Of a DNA stretch of 64,000 nucleotides, positions 29,029-40,559 are shown one piece after another. The notes below the pieces were generated by a model, which made no database searches, was not told where the DNA came from, and saw only the letters and a list, made by a program, of their open reading frames with translations. A program made the translations under genes and the position numbers. Position 1 is the stretch's first letter, and each line of letters begins with the position of its first letter. This DNA comes from Eledone cirrhosa (Eukaryota), in contig OZ024746.1 of the NCBI GenBank assembly GCA_964016885.1, positions 27,528,001 through 27,592,000 on the forward strand, read 5' to 3'.

Positions 29029-29428
29029 CGCTAGAAAGAGCAAGTAATATTCGCAAATCAACAAAAGTTGAATATATACATATAATATAAATCTATGCAC
29101 ATATATATTCCACTCGACGTCATGTGAATCTACCATCATATATGTAGTATCACGTTGGTGGTACAGGAGCGGAGTTAAATACTTCAATGAAATACACGCG
29201 TAGGGGGTATTCCGGCCTTCACATGTTTTTCATATATATATATATATGGTGAAGTGGTATCTTGTCTTTAAAGCGTAGAAATCTCCTAGACCGCCAGTAG
29301 ACAACTGATGAGGTAAACTCCCCCCACCTTCTGTTCTTGCTTTCTTCCTATTCCCACTGCATTTTAAGTTAACTTAAATAGCAACTACACAGCCATTTCT
29401 ATTCTCCACACACACACACACACACAAC

Positions 29429-29501
<73 letters not shown>

Positions 29502-29550
29502 AAGTAATTAAGTCAAATATTTAAGATTTGGCTTCGTTTATTAAATATGT

Positions 29551-29605
29551 ACTGCTATATATATTTCGGTGACAGCCATCATTGGCTGTGACCTCTTCAG
29601 GCAGT
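29551..29605 (-). ncRNA. Type I hammerhead ribozyme
   Basis: Minus strand: actgc-CTGAAGA-ggtcacagcca-atga-tggctgtcacc-GAAA-tatata-TA-gcagt. Stem I is perfect. Confidence 0.88.
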
Positions 29606-29790
29606 CCGAATTGGTGTGGTAGAGACAGGTACACATGTTGTTAAAGTGTTTTACTCCGTCAATACTCCGATATGTCCAGCTCCTGGTTGGGTTGTTATTT
29701 CTCTCCCAACCAGGAGCTGGACATATCGGAGTATTGACGGAGTAAAACACTTTAACAACATGTGTACCTGTCTCTACCACACCAATTCGA

Positions 29791-29845
29791 ACAGCCTGAA
29801 GAGGTCACAGCCAATGATGGCTGTCACCGAAATATATATAGCAGT
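29791..29845 (+). ncRNA. Type I hammerhead ribozyme (one stem I mismatch)
   Basis: acagc-CTGAAGA-ggtcacagcca-atga-tggctgtcacc-GAAA-tatata-TA-gcagt. Confidence 0.82.
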
Positions 29846-29989
29846 ACATATTTAATAAACGAAGCCAAATCTTAAATATTTGACTTAATTACTTTATTTT
29901 ATATTACTCCGGACTAACCACACCAACATGCGTACTTCGTCAAGTGGTCCAATCTGCATACTGAGGTGTCGGTAAACAACCAACATATA

Positions 29990-30031
<42 letters not shown>

Positions 30032-31675
30032 TAACTAGTAGGATAAGACAGAAAAAAACATTAATGATTGGTCTTATAATACAGCACCCAAAATCAGTTC
30101 TAGAAAGATAATATCTATCATGAACACAGGACGGAATAGGCTTCATGCAACTAGAAGTACCGCGCAGATGCTAGCAGCCGAAGCCGTTCGAGCTAACGGT
30201 CAAATTGCTGCCTCATTAATAAATACTTATTGTATCGGCTATCACTTAGTAATGCTTAATATTGTCTTTTTAATGAGAAGTAGAGTCTTCTCACTTTTGA
30301 ATATCTCCGGTGTACTTATCGACTCAGCATACATGATCTTGTGATCTTATAGGAGAAACTGCAGAGTATCAAAAACTGAAACTGTGGCTCAATGAAGAAT
30401 ATATGTGTGAGTGTATTTAAGTGTGCTTTTCTGCGTGTGTATGCGTGTGTGTATGCGTGTGTGTCAGTGTCTGTGTGTCAGTGTGTGTGTGTGTTTGTGT
30501 GTGTATGTATATCTGTGTGTGTGTGTGTATCTATGGAAGAGAGGTATATGTGAAATACATGGCTAGGGAAATATAGATATGAACCTGTGTACTTCTATCA
30601 GTATTACATGATGAAATATGTTATAGATCAATAACAAACCTCATACACATACATATATATATATACACACACATACGCACATACACATACACCCACACAC
30701 AAACATATATATATATATATATATATACAAATACAGAAACATATTGATATAATATATATGTCCATATAATTGTGTTTGCGTGTATTGCGTGATGTGTAAT
30801 GAAATATAGAATACTGGACATTGTGTTGGATGAAGTGGCACAGCTGTGCTTGGAACGTTGATTGAAACGGAAGTTGAATCTAAGGGACGTTAACATCGAA
30901 ATAAAAAAAAAAATCCTAGAAAAAATGAAACACGAGTATTATTCCTTGTATTAGGATAAAATCCAGCATGTGTAAAAGCCTGAAAGTTACTTTACTTATA
31001 AGAAGAATAACAGTGAAGTAGAAATAAACAATAGTTTGTAACTGAAATATATTCTAAACCACATTTAAAGAGAACCAAGAACCAACAAAGGCAACTATAT
31101 AAAATAAAAAAAAGAGAGTGAAAATATAACGATAAGAGTGAACACACTAAGACCAAAATAAATAGCAAAGAAAATTTAAGAGCGAAGAGAAAGGGAAATA
31201 ATAAATAAGAAAACAGACGAAACAATAATAAATATATAAGAATGGAGAAAAGCAAAGAAATATATAGGGACTGTATAGAACGTTGTAAAAAAACAAAAAG
31301 AAGGTGAAAAGGAATAAGGTAGAATGGTAAGTACGCTAGCTAGGAATAGTGATGTAATATTATAGCTCTGACGATAAGGCAATAATTTATGAGAATCACA
31401 GGATTCTAATAAAGAATTACAGAAATAGAAGAATTGTTGGGGAGGAGAGATTTATGAGTAGAATTTAAAGGAGAAAAATAACAATGAAAATAATAGAAAG
31501 AAAATAGCGACAATATAGAAAATATAAAATAAAAAACAAATGGCGCGCAAAATATAGAAGTGACAACAAATTGTAACCTTAATGGGTGATAAAAACGAAA
31601 TATAGAGATACACACGTACGTATTTATATATATACTCTCTCTCTCACACACACACACACACATACACACATACAC

Positions 31676-31746
<71 letters not shown>

Positions 31747-32787
31747 GAGAGAGAGAAAGGGAGAAATAACCCAATAAGTATTATAGAACATTACAACCCA
31801 TTAACGATTAATTCGAGGGCGAAGAGAAATTGAACAACCTCATTCACGAACACGATCAAAGTTTCCGTTATTAACAGTATATGAGCAAATAAGATAATAC
31901 CGTCAGTGCCTTTTACCTGATTTCTTCTCAATACTGTACTTTATTAACTGAAGTCTTTATCAGCAAAGAAACTGGTCAGTTCTTATAAAACGTATTTTTC
32001 TTGCTCACTAAATTACATGTGTTTGTCTGCATTTAAACCTTTCATTACTATGTTTCTAATGGAAGACACACTGTGATTTTCAAATGATAAAAAAAAATGA
32101 TCAAGAATTTTGAGTGATTTAGCGATACAACAAATTTATTAAACTGTCATAGTGTGGCGGTGCACTAGTAGTATCGGTAGAGCGTGGGACAAAATGATTT
32201 TAGTAACGACTTTCTACGTACTGAGTTCAAATCTCGCTTAGGTCAACTTCACCTTTCATCATTCTGAGTTTTATAAAATAAAGTGTCAGTGAAGTAGCGA
32301 GGTCGATATAATAGAATTTCCCCTTTCCTCAAAATGTCCGATAGCAGTGTATAGGAATGTGGTCCGAGGTCCAAGAACGCCAGAAGACTCCTCTGTCAGA
32401 CTTGACCGCAAAATTATCAGAGAGCGGTCGATATTTTCCTCTTCGGCTTGGCATGCATCGAAGCCTGAGCTGGTAGCCGAGTGCAGGTTACCGCTAGAGA
32501 AGATGTAGAAAATTGTTCTATTATATATCCACTTAGTTCTAACAAGACATATGATATAGTTAGTTGTAAATAAGTAATTACTATAATATCTAATTTTATT
32601 TACATTAACGTTTTATTAGTTATTTTACTACAACATAATACATTATAGATGTAGAGCTACACGGCAGATGTTTGACAAGCTAGTGCTCCGGGTACATGCT
32701 TTTATATACCCAAACACATACATACACACACGCGTACGCACACACAAACACAAACATATACATTATATATATATATATATAATGTAT

Positions 32788-32895
32788 ATCCCGCCGAGGT
32801 TGACTTTGCCTTTCATCCTTACGGGGTCGATAACATAAAGTACCAGTAATGCACTGGGTAATTGCTGGCCTTGTGCCTAAAGTAGAAACAATTAT
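32788..32895 (+). mobile_element. 5'-truncated young SINE in (TA)n
   Basis: atcccgccgaggttgactttgcc...gtagaaacaattat. Confidence 0.85.
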
Positions 32896-34693
32896 ATATA
32901 TATATATATAAAATCAGGAATTATATATAAGGATAAAATGCATTGGTGTAGAAGAAGCAACATAACAAAAATACTTACGGTACAAACAGCTGTGATATAT
33001 CTCCTAATATCGGAGGTACATTTTATTAGGAAGCAAATACCAGCTCTAAACTTTTGGAGTGATTTGGACATTTGGAACCAACTGAACACACTATCTGATG
33101 GCTAGATGATTTGCCAAACATGAACAACGAAGGATTTTCGATGCGAAACCGCCAACCGTTAGCCATAAACTAACTCATACTAACTAAGCAACAAGGCTTG
33201 TGGTCAGTAGTCGCGTACCTGCTCATGCTCCCTATAGCTCACTTCTCCCACCTCACGTTTAGTTTTCTCCTCACTCACGTAACTCTACCAAGGACTACAT
33301 GCGACTATAATGTCTAGACAACCCACCTTACATCCATTGATATATGTGTATGTGGGTTCGTGCGTGTCTGTGTGTGTGTGTGTGTGTAATATCGTATAAT
33401 ATCGTATTAAATAAAGAGACTCATGTATTCCTTTTCTTATAGTTAGGATGAAGTGTAATAATGATAAGTCGTCTTTGGGGACACAAGCACAAAGAAATCA
33501 TCAGTACAGGAATAAATCTGTAAATAACACGAATGTAGAAGTAAGTTAGTTTTGGTAGGAAAACATTTTTCCCTTTCAGAATCAACAGAAAAGAGAACCG
33601 GAAAGAAAGGAAAATATATGTGCTACATTAAGATCACTCGTGATATGAATTTACCTATATTTTGGTAAATATATTTATGGTAACAAATAAATGGAGTATC
33701 AAAAAAATACAAATAAATGGAGTATCAAAAAAATACATATAAAAATTGTTCTTGGAGAATGAGATTTGTTTGTTATTTTCCTTTGTTTAGCGACAGTTTC
33801 TTTAAATCATACACGATGTAGCGTTAAAAGATTAATATAAAAATAATATTCATCATCTCAATAACATTTCTTGTCTTATGACCTTGATCTTTCCAGTACA
33901 AATCATAATATAGGTAAACATGTACTTTTAGCAAGACTCTATGCATACATAGTCTTCTATATATACATAGTCTTCTAAAACATGTTCTTTTAATATTTCT
34001 TTAACGATTGATATTAGTTTAACGTGTATATAAGAATACGCCTCTTATATCTAAAATACTCATCATCGCAGTTCTCGCTAGCCTGATTATACTCTATATT
34101 GTACCGATCTATTGGTTACAATTGTAATAATATTATTTTTTATCATCATGCATGAAGCACAACGTTAGCAAAAATGTCCATCCGATTTTTAGAGTAGGTT
34201 ATCATTTGTTCCGGTGTTTGTTACTTCATTATCTAATCCTTATATGCCTTCAGATCACTATCTGATCCCCATAGGAATTATGTGGAGACGTCTCTGTTGC
34301 AAGAATATTGGATGGGTTTACATCATGGGGATAACTTACTCGTATCCTCCCACTAAATTCAGCATCCTTGAAAAGAAGTATGAGCAGCTCAGAGAAACAT
34401 CCGCTGATTGAAGTTGTTGAATTCAAGTAACGGTTCGAGCTTTGCTTTTGTCGTCATGATCATATAACCAATATACTGATGTTTGAATGACCATAGCCAA
34501 CAAGAATATGTTGCTAGGCCGGGTGCGTGTTCGAAGCAGTTTGACAGAATGCAGAGAAAACTCCGGGATCAAATACCCCCATCTCCGGACAAAATTGTCA
34601 GTAGTCCCACCGGACAAAGACTCCATTTAGTAAAACATAAAAGAGTAAAAGAATATAAATCAAAATTTATTTATATTATTTTTTTCACACGAT

Positions 34694-34882
34694 GGCGGTG
34701 AATTGGCAGTATCGGTAGAGGGTTGGACGCCATGCTTTCTAGCATAGTTACGTCCCTTTACGGTCTGAGTTCAAATCCCGCCGAGGTTAACTTTGCCTTT
34801 CATCCTTACGGGGTCGATAAAATAAAGTACCAGTAATATACTGGGTAATTGCTGGCCTTGTGCCACACGTAGAAACAATTAT
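34694..34882 (+). mobile_element. Young SINE, full length, with TSD
   Basis: TSD ttttttcacacgat at 34680-34693 and 34883-34896. Confidence 0.9.
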
Positions 34883-35924
34883 TTTTTTCACACGATACGT
34901 TCTTACTTGAAGTGTTAAATAATTTCTTTAAAATAAAAGTTAGAAGCGAGCTAAACTTGCAAACATGTTCATATTCTGTATATATTTTCCTGTGTAAAGG
35001 TTTTGTACGGTAGAGGAAGGAATGCTGTTGGGTAGGGTCTTTGTACGGAAGGGAAAGATGGGAATTTCATCCGGTAAGGTGAGGATTTCATTGAGTGGGG
35101 ATTTTGGATGGTAGGAATAGGAATTCTTTGGGGGGTTTTCTCATGGACCCTATCCTTGTACTGGCGTATTGTGGTCTCTATAGTATTCTTTTAGATAACT
35201 TGTTTAAATTGGTGCTGTTATAAAGGTTTTTACTTATATAAGCTGACTAGGTAGGATCTACATTAGGTAACGAAAGAATAACATACGATACCGATTCTAT
35301 TTCCTGTTGCGAATTTCTGGTTAGGTTGCAATATTCAAAATCAATATACTTTTGACAATAATTGTAGCGACAATCAATATTATTATTTCTTTTAGCTTCA
35401 AGAAATAAAAGAAGTAATTAATGTGAATAGAAACAGCTGGGTCGTAAAATATATTTACATATATGTCTAGAATAGAGAGTGAATGTTTCAGCATAAAGTC
35501 TGTATTTTAATGGGACATATTCACATGAGTTCCGCGAGCATGTGAGCAATTAACATATCATAAATTTGGATTCAGTTTCCGCTAAGGTTTTTTCTTTTTC
35601 CTTTATTAAAAAAAATATATATATCTTGATGTCAGTTAATCTATACACATATAGTTTAGGTGTTTGGTAAGATAGCAGGCAGCTGGTTATGTAAGCAGCG
35701 CAGTATAGAAAACCTGTCAAGCACTAATAGTCTTGCCGACATGTTTAACACTACGGATATTCTCGTTAATCTTCAAGAAATATTACTTTATATACATACA
35801 CTGGCATTCATTCATACTTAATAACATACAACACATACATGTGCACATGTAATCACACACACACATATATATGTGTGTGTGTATGTGTGTGCGTATTTGT
35901 ATGTATGTATATGTATATATATAT

Positions 35925-36003
<79 letters not shown>

Positions 36004-36004
36004 C

Positions 36005-36038
<34 letters not shown>

Positions 36039-36254
36039 ATGTGTGTGTGTGTGTGTGTGTGCATGTATGTGTGTGTATATGTGTGTGTGTGTGTATAAGG
36101 AAAGGAAATTGAAAATGTAACTGGAGTCTTTTAAGGATATTTATTTACTTTACCGGTTTTACAGGTCTTATGATTGTCAAGAGTAAAATACGGATCGAGG
36201 GTTTGGGTTTCTGTTGTGCTGTGTCACACACTCACACACACACACACACACACG

Positions 36255-36319
<65 letters not shown>

Positions 36320-36330
36320 ACACACACACG

Positions 36331-36364
<34 letters not shown>

Positions 36365-36385
36365 TACACACACACACACACACAG

Positions 36386-36424
<39 letters not shown>

Positions 36425-36425
<1 letters not shown>

Positions 36426-36626
36426 TTTAATATAGATGAGATTCTACAGGACTAGAACTGTTTCATTCTTTAGAAATCATCAGGAATCATCAATGATTCC
36501 TGATGATTTCTAAAGAATGAAACAGTTCTAGTCCTGTAGAATCTCATCTATATTAAAACTTTTGTACTCTGCAATGTATTGAGTACCTTACTTACTGTGG
36601 TTACCTCCGATTCAACCCGGAATAAC

Positions 36627-36628
<2 letters not shown>
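36425..36628 (+). mobile_element. Perfect palindrome (66-bp arms, 2-nt loop) plus tail, in (TA)n, with a hammerhead core on both strands
   Basis: 36425-36490 is the reverse complement of 36493-36558. CTGATGA-tttctaaagaat-GAAA-cagttc-TA at 36500-36530. Stem I 5' strand is lost at the fold-back junction. Confidence 0.8.
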
Positions 36629-36686
<58 letters not shown>

Positions 36687-36699
36687 ATACATATATGTG

Positions 36700-36960
36700 A
36701 AAGCGCGTGATTAGGAAAATGCAAGAAAAGGAAGATATCTACGGACCAATGATGAGGAGTTTGCGGATCCAATATTCAAGATATACATTAAACTTCATGC
36801 CCATCATTATTGTAGCTATAGGTTATATACCAACCTGCCCGGATCAATGTATAGCTGAGCTTCGATTTGTGGGGAAATTTGTTGCTCCTTAATTCATAAA
36901 CTACAAATGCTTGCAATATTTGGAACTTTTGAAATCTGTAAAACATTCTTATGGTTAAAA
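36700..36960 (+). pseudogene. C-terminal relic of a restriction-like-endonuclease (RLE) non-LTR element
   Basis: KMQEKEDIYGPMMRSLRIQYSRYTLNFMPIIIVAIGYIP fits the K..KY..L......PII.GA.G pattern. Confidence 0.55.
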
Positions 36961-37141
36961 CACTTTCAAAAGAGACCACAACAATTTCTTTTTCGTTACA
37001 GTTCTGCATTTGTTGTCACATCTAGGTTTTTTACCTGATGTCTATCTGATAACTGTCTATCTGTCTGTCTATCTGTCTGTCTGTCTATCTGTCTATCTGT
37101 CTGCCTATCTGTCTGTCTGTATGTATATATGTATGTATGTA

Positions 37142-37753
37142 TGTCAGGTCACCAGTTGGTGCTACTGGTAACATGTATCCCAGTACAACCTGTTCTCATG
37201 GTTGAGTCGTTGGCGACTAAACTGGCAACCCCACCAAGGTTTCTTGGTGAGGAGGGTGACTTTGGACATCCTGCAGGACTAAAAACAAAACCTGTCAAAG
37301 GGCAAAGGAGCTCTTAAGAGTCAATGGCCATCCAAAATCACCGGGAGAGATGACCCCTTAGCCTTTGTCAAGGCAGAATTCTAGGAGAAGGAAAACTCTG
37401 ATATAACACCTGCAACCCTGATGGTATCCAATGATGTTGACTTGTTCTTCTTTTTGGTAAATATCATTTTGGTTAAGAGAGTGGGACTGGCTTTGTGCAG
37501 TGCCTTTGCTCACTATAAAAGCTTCACGGCACAGGCATTGCTTTATATCTGGAGATCTCCCTGCACTTGTCGTCACATGGTACCATGGGCCCAGCACTAT
37601 GTGTCAATAATTGTCACAAGTGTAGTGATTGTACCAGAGATTTCAAGTCGCTGGCTGGACTAAAAAGTCACACTCGTTCAGCGCATCGGTAGGAGTTCTC
37701 CTACATGGATATAAAGTAGTGGCCGTACTCGAAAACGAGTTGGCAGCCACCAT
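37142..37753 (+). mobile_element. ~610-bp non-coding retroposon, copy 3 (full length)
   Basis: Near-identical to 26017-26627. Flanked by (TATG)n. Confidence 0.9.
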
Positions 37754-39137
37754 GTATCTATGCATGTATGTATGCATGTGTGTATGTATATAGGTGGGGC
37801 TAAAGAAAATCGTATTGGTCGGGCTGTTTTGTATCAAGGTAGGTACAGAATCCATCGTGTTGTATTAGACAACGTATCAAATAGCTGAGAATTGTATAAC
37901 TGTTTTTCGCCATTATTATGTAACTTCAGCTATCATACCATTATATGTTATTACGCTCTGTGATATTGACCGCAATTATATTTGCTTACGTACAATTAGC
38001 TAGTGAAATGACTCCATCTATCGATCTAACTACTTCTTTACAGTAGCCTCATTAGTAAACCACAATGGTTTCTATTAAAGACACTACTATAGTCTATTAC
38101 ACGAATGCAGCAGGCTAGAGAATCTGCCCCCTTCCACCTCCCCTGTACATTTGCAAGGAAATTTACTACATAACGTTGGCCCAAACCACTGCTTTCTATA
38201 TCATATATTAACATCATAGGAAAATATGTTGAGAATTCCCCAATTATAATTATGAAAGAATTGTTATCTGTGCTACAAAATACTATATTACCCTCTGTAG
38301 CAATACATTAAGGCGGTGAAGTGGCTGAATCATTAGTCCTTTGAGTATAATCATGCTTTACGGTATTCATTCCAGTTTTATACATTCTGAGTTGAAATAC
38401 TTCGGAGATTAAATTTGACTTTCATCCTTTCGGGATCAATACGTATTAGGCCAGTTCAGTTCCGGGGTCGGTTCTTCTTTTTCTCTCTTACTTTCTTTCT
38501 GTCTCTCTCGTGTGACGCCGGTTTTAAAATAGCCAATAGACGCCGTACGTTATGATAACTCCTCTCCAACTCTGTTAGAAGTTATAGGATCAGCGAGCAG
38601 TAGTTTCAACCTTTCTCTATATGTGTCCCTGTTATATACACAGATTCCTGTAAATATGTATGAACGCATGACACTTAGTGGAGTCACGAGGGCACCATAG
38701 TGAATTTCTTGCACACTTTGAACTTGGTGGATCTCCTCTCCACAGAGGGAAAGAGAGCGCTAGAGAAAAGAAGTGAGAAAGAGATATAGAAGAAGAAACG
38801 ACCTAATATTAGACAGGTGCTTTCTTTATCGACCTTGAAATGATGAAAGGCAAAGCTGACCTCCGCGGAATCTGAACTGAGATCGATGAGAGGCAGAACC
38901 ATCACCGTAAAACATTCTATCCGAACTTCTAACGATTCTGCCAAATCACAATATACTAATTTAAATATGTCAGCAGTCAATTGTGTTTGGAAACTAAAAT
39001 AAATATATTCAATATCTGTACTTAAAAATTTACACTAGAGCATATATTAACTTAAGAATTTTCAATATATCTATCATTTTAATTTTAAACCATACATGTG
39101 TACTCCCATGGTAAATGGTCTCCCCGGTCTCAACACC

Positions 39138-39170
<33 letters not shown>

Positions 39171-39199
39171 TTCTCTCTTTCTTTCTATATTAATATATG

Positions 39200-39462
39200 T
39201 ACATGGAAGGGTAAAGGATAAAAACCCCCTTCGGTCACGAGTGACCACGGGATTTCCACCTAGAATGTTCCCCTCCGAGGCACAATTCTGGGCAAGGCAA
39301 TGGGAAAGGCAATGGCCGATACAGCTTAGCACCAGTCACGTCGCAACTCATTTCTGCAGCTGAGTAAACTGCTCGAAGACACAATGCATCACCCGGTGCG
39401 AGAATCGATCTCACAACTTCGCGATTACAAGTCCAGTGCTCTAACCACTTAGCCGTGCACCT
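39200..39462 (-). mobile_element. Older tRNA-derived SINE
   Basis: Minus strand starts ggtgcacggctaagtggttagagcactggacttgtaatcgcgaagttgtgagatcgattctc. Confidence 0.65.
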
Positions 39463-39507
39463 TCATTATATATATATATTTCCCCGAATTATTAACTGGC
39501 AAAGTTA

Positions 39508-39689
39508 GGTCGGTGGATTGGCAGTATCGGTAGAGGGTCGGATGCCATGCTTTCCAGCATAGTTACGTCCCTTTACGATCTGAGTTCAAATCCCGCCGAG
39601 GTCGACTTTGCCTTTCATCCTTACGGGATCGATAAAATAATACCAGTAATGCACTGGGTTATTGCTGGCCTTGTGCCTAAATTAGAAAC
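39508..39689 (+). mobile_element. Young SINE with 19-bp TSD
   Basis: TSD aattattaactggcaaagt at 39487-39505 and 39690-39708. Confidence 0.9.
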
Positions 39690-40315
39690 AATTATTAACT
39701 GGCAAAGTGGATCACGGTGGGATTTGAACTCCGTAGTTCTATAAGTCTGCCAAGCCGAATGAATTACTTAGGTATATAGAAGGAGAAAATATAAAGAATA
39801 TTTCTCTCATTCTTGATATCGCTAATGAGAATATATTAGTAATAATATAATATTGATAGTTTCCGACAATACAGGTATTCCAAGAGGAAACTAAAAAGTA
39901 AAACATCTGTTCATATTATCAGGGATCTATTTATTATTCTCATGACTATTGCATGTTAGGCAATACGCGTGCAGCCTCACGTATACACACTCACACACAC
40001 ACACACACACACACGTACACACACACACACCCATATATTTGTATAGATATTTATATTTATGTATATATGTATGTATACATAGAGACAGATACAAACATAT
40101 TAATATAGGTTATTATAATGGAGTATTCCACTATTACTTTTGGTAAGGTGAGAAATGCTTAATGCACACTAAAATCCTCAGCTCGTAAGGTATTTAAAAC
40201 AGACGAAGTATTCTTCGAAAGTTAAAGTTCCTTTTGTTGAGGAGAGTACAAGAAGCAGAGCATTTATATTTAAAATGAAGAAAAACCAAGGTTAATCACT
40301 TAAATCCATTCTTTA

Positions 40316-40422
40316 ATTTCTACGTCCGTTTCAATACAGACGATGAAAACAATAGGAAATAATTAATTTAGCAATCATTAACATAAGGCATAATACATAT
40401 AACTACATTTCTTCAGGAAATA
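40316..40422 (-). ncRNA. Type I hammerhead ribozyme (long loop II)
   Basis: Minus strand: atttc-CTGAAGA-a-aatgtag..ctgtatt-GAAA-cggacg-TA-gaaat. Stem I is perfect, stem II has G-U pairs. Confidence 0.75.
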
Positions 40423-40474
40423 TTAGAAGGAATAAAACTTTACTTCATTATTATTTATAATGTTATTATTAATA

Positions 40475-40559
40475 TACCCAGTGAATATTAATAATGATTT
40501 CTTTATTTATTTATTTACAATAAATAAATAAAGAAATCATTATTAATATTCACTGGGTA
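40475..40559. repeat. Palindrome with ~41-bp arms, 5' (minus-strand sense) of the 40316 hammerhead
   Basis: tacccagtgaatattaataatgatttctttatttatttatt / aataaataaataaagaaatcattattaatattcactgggta. Confidence 0.88.

Larger units (their letters stand above)
29492..29992 (+). mobile_element. Palindromic insert: 200-bp arms (2 mismatches), 13-nt loop, ~88-bp tail, flanked by (TA)n
   Basis: 29492-29691 is the reverse complement of 29705-29904. One hammerhead per arm. Confidence 0.9.

Noticed and set aside
31846-31912. Minus-strand CTGACGG..GAAActttgaTC
   Set aside because: Core mismatch and poor stems I and III; at best a decayed motif.
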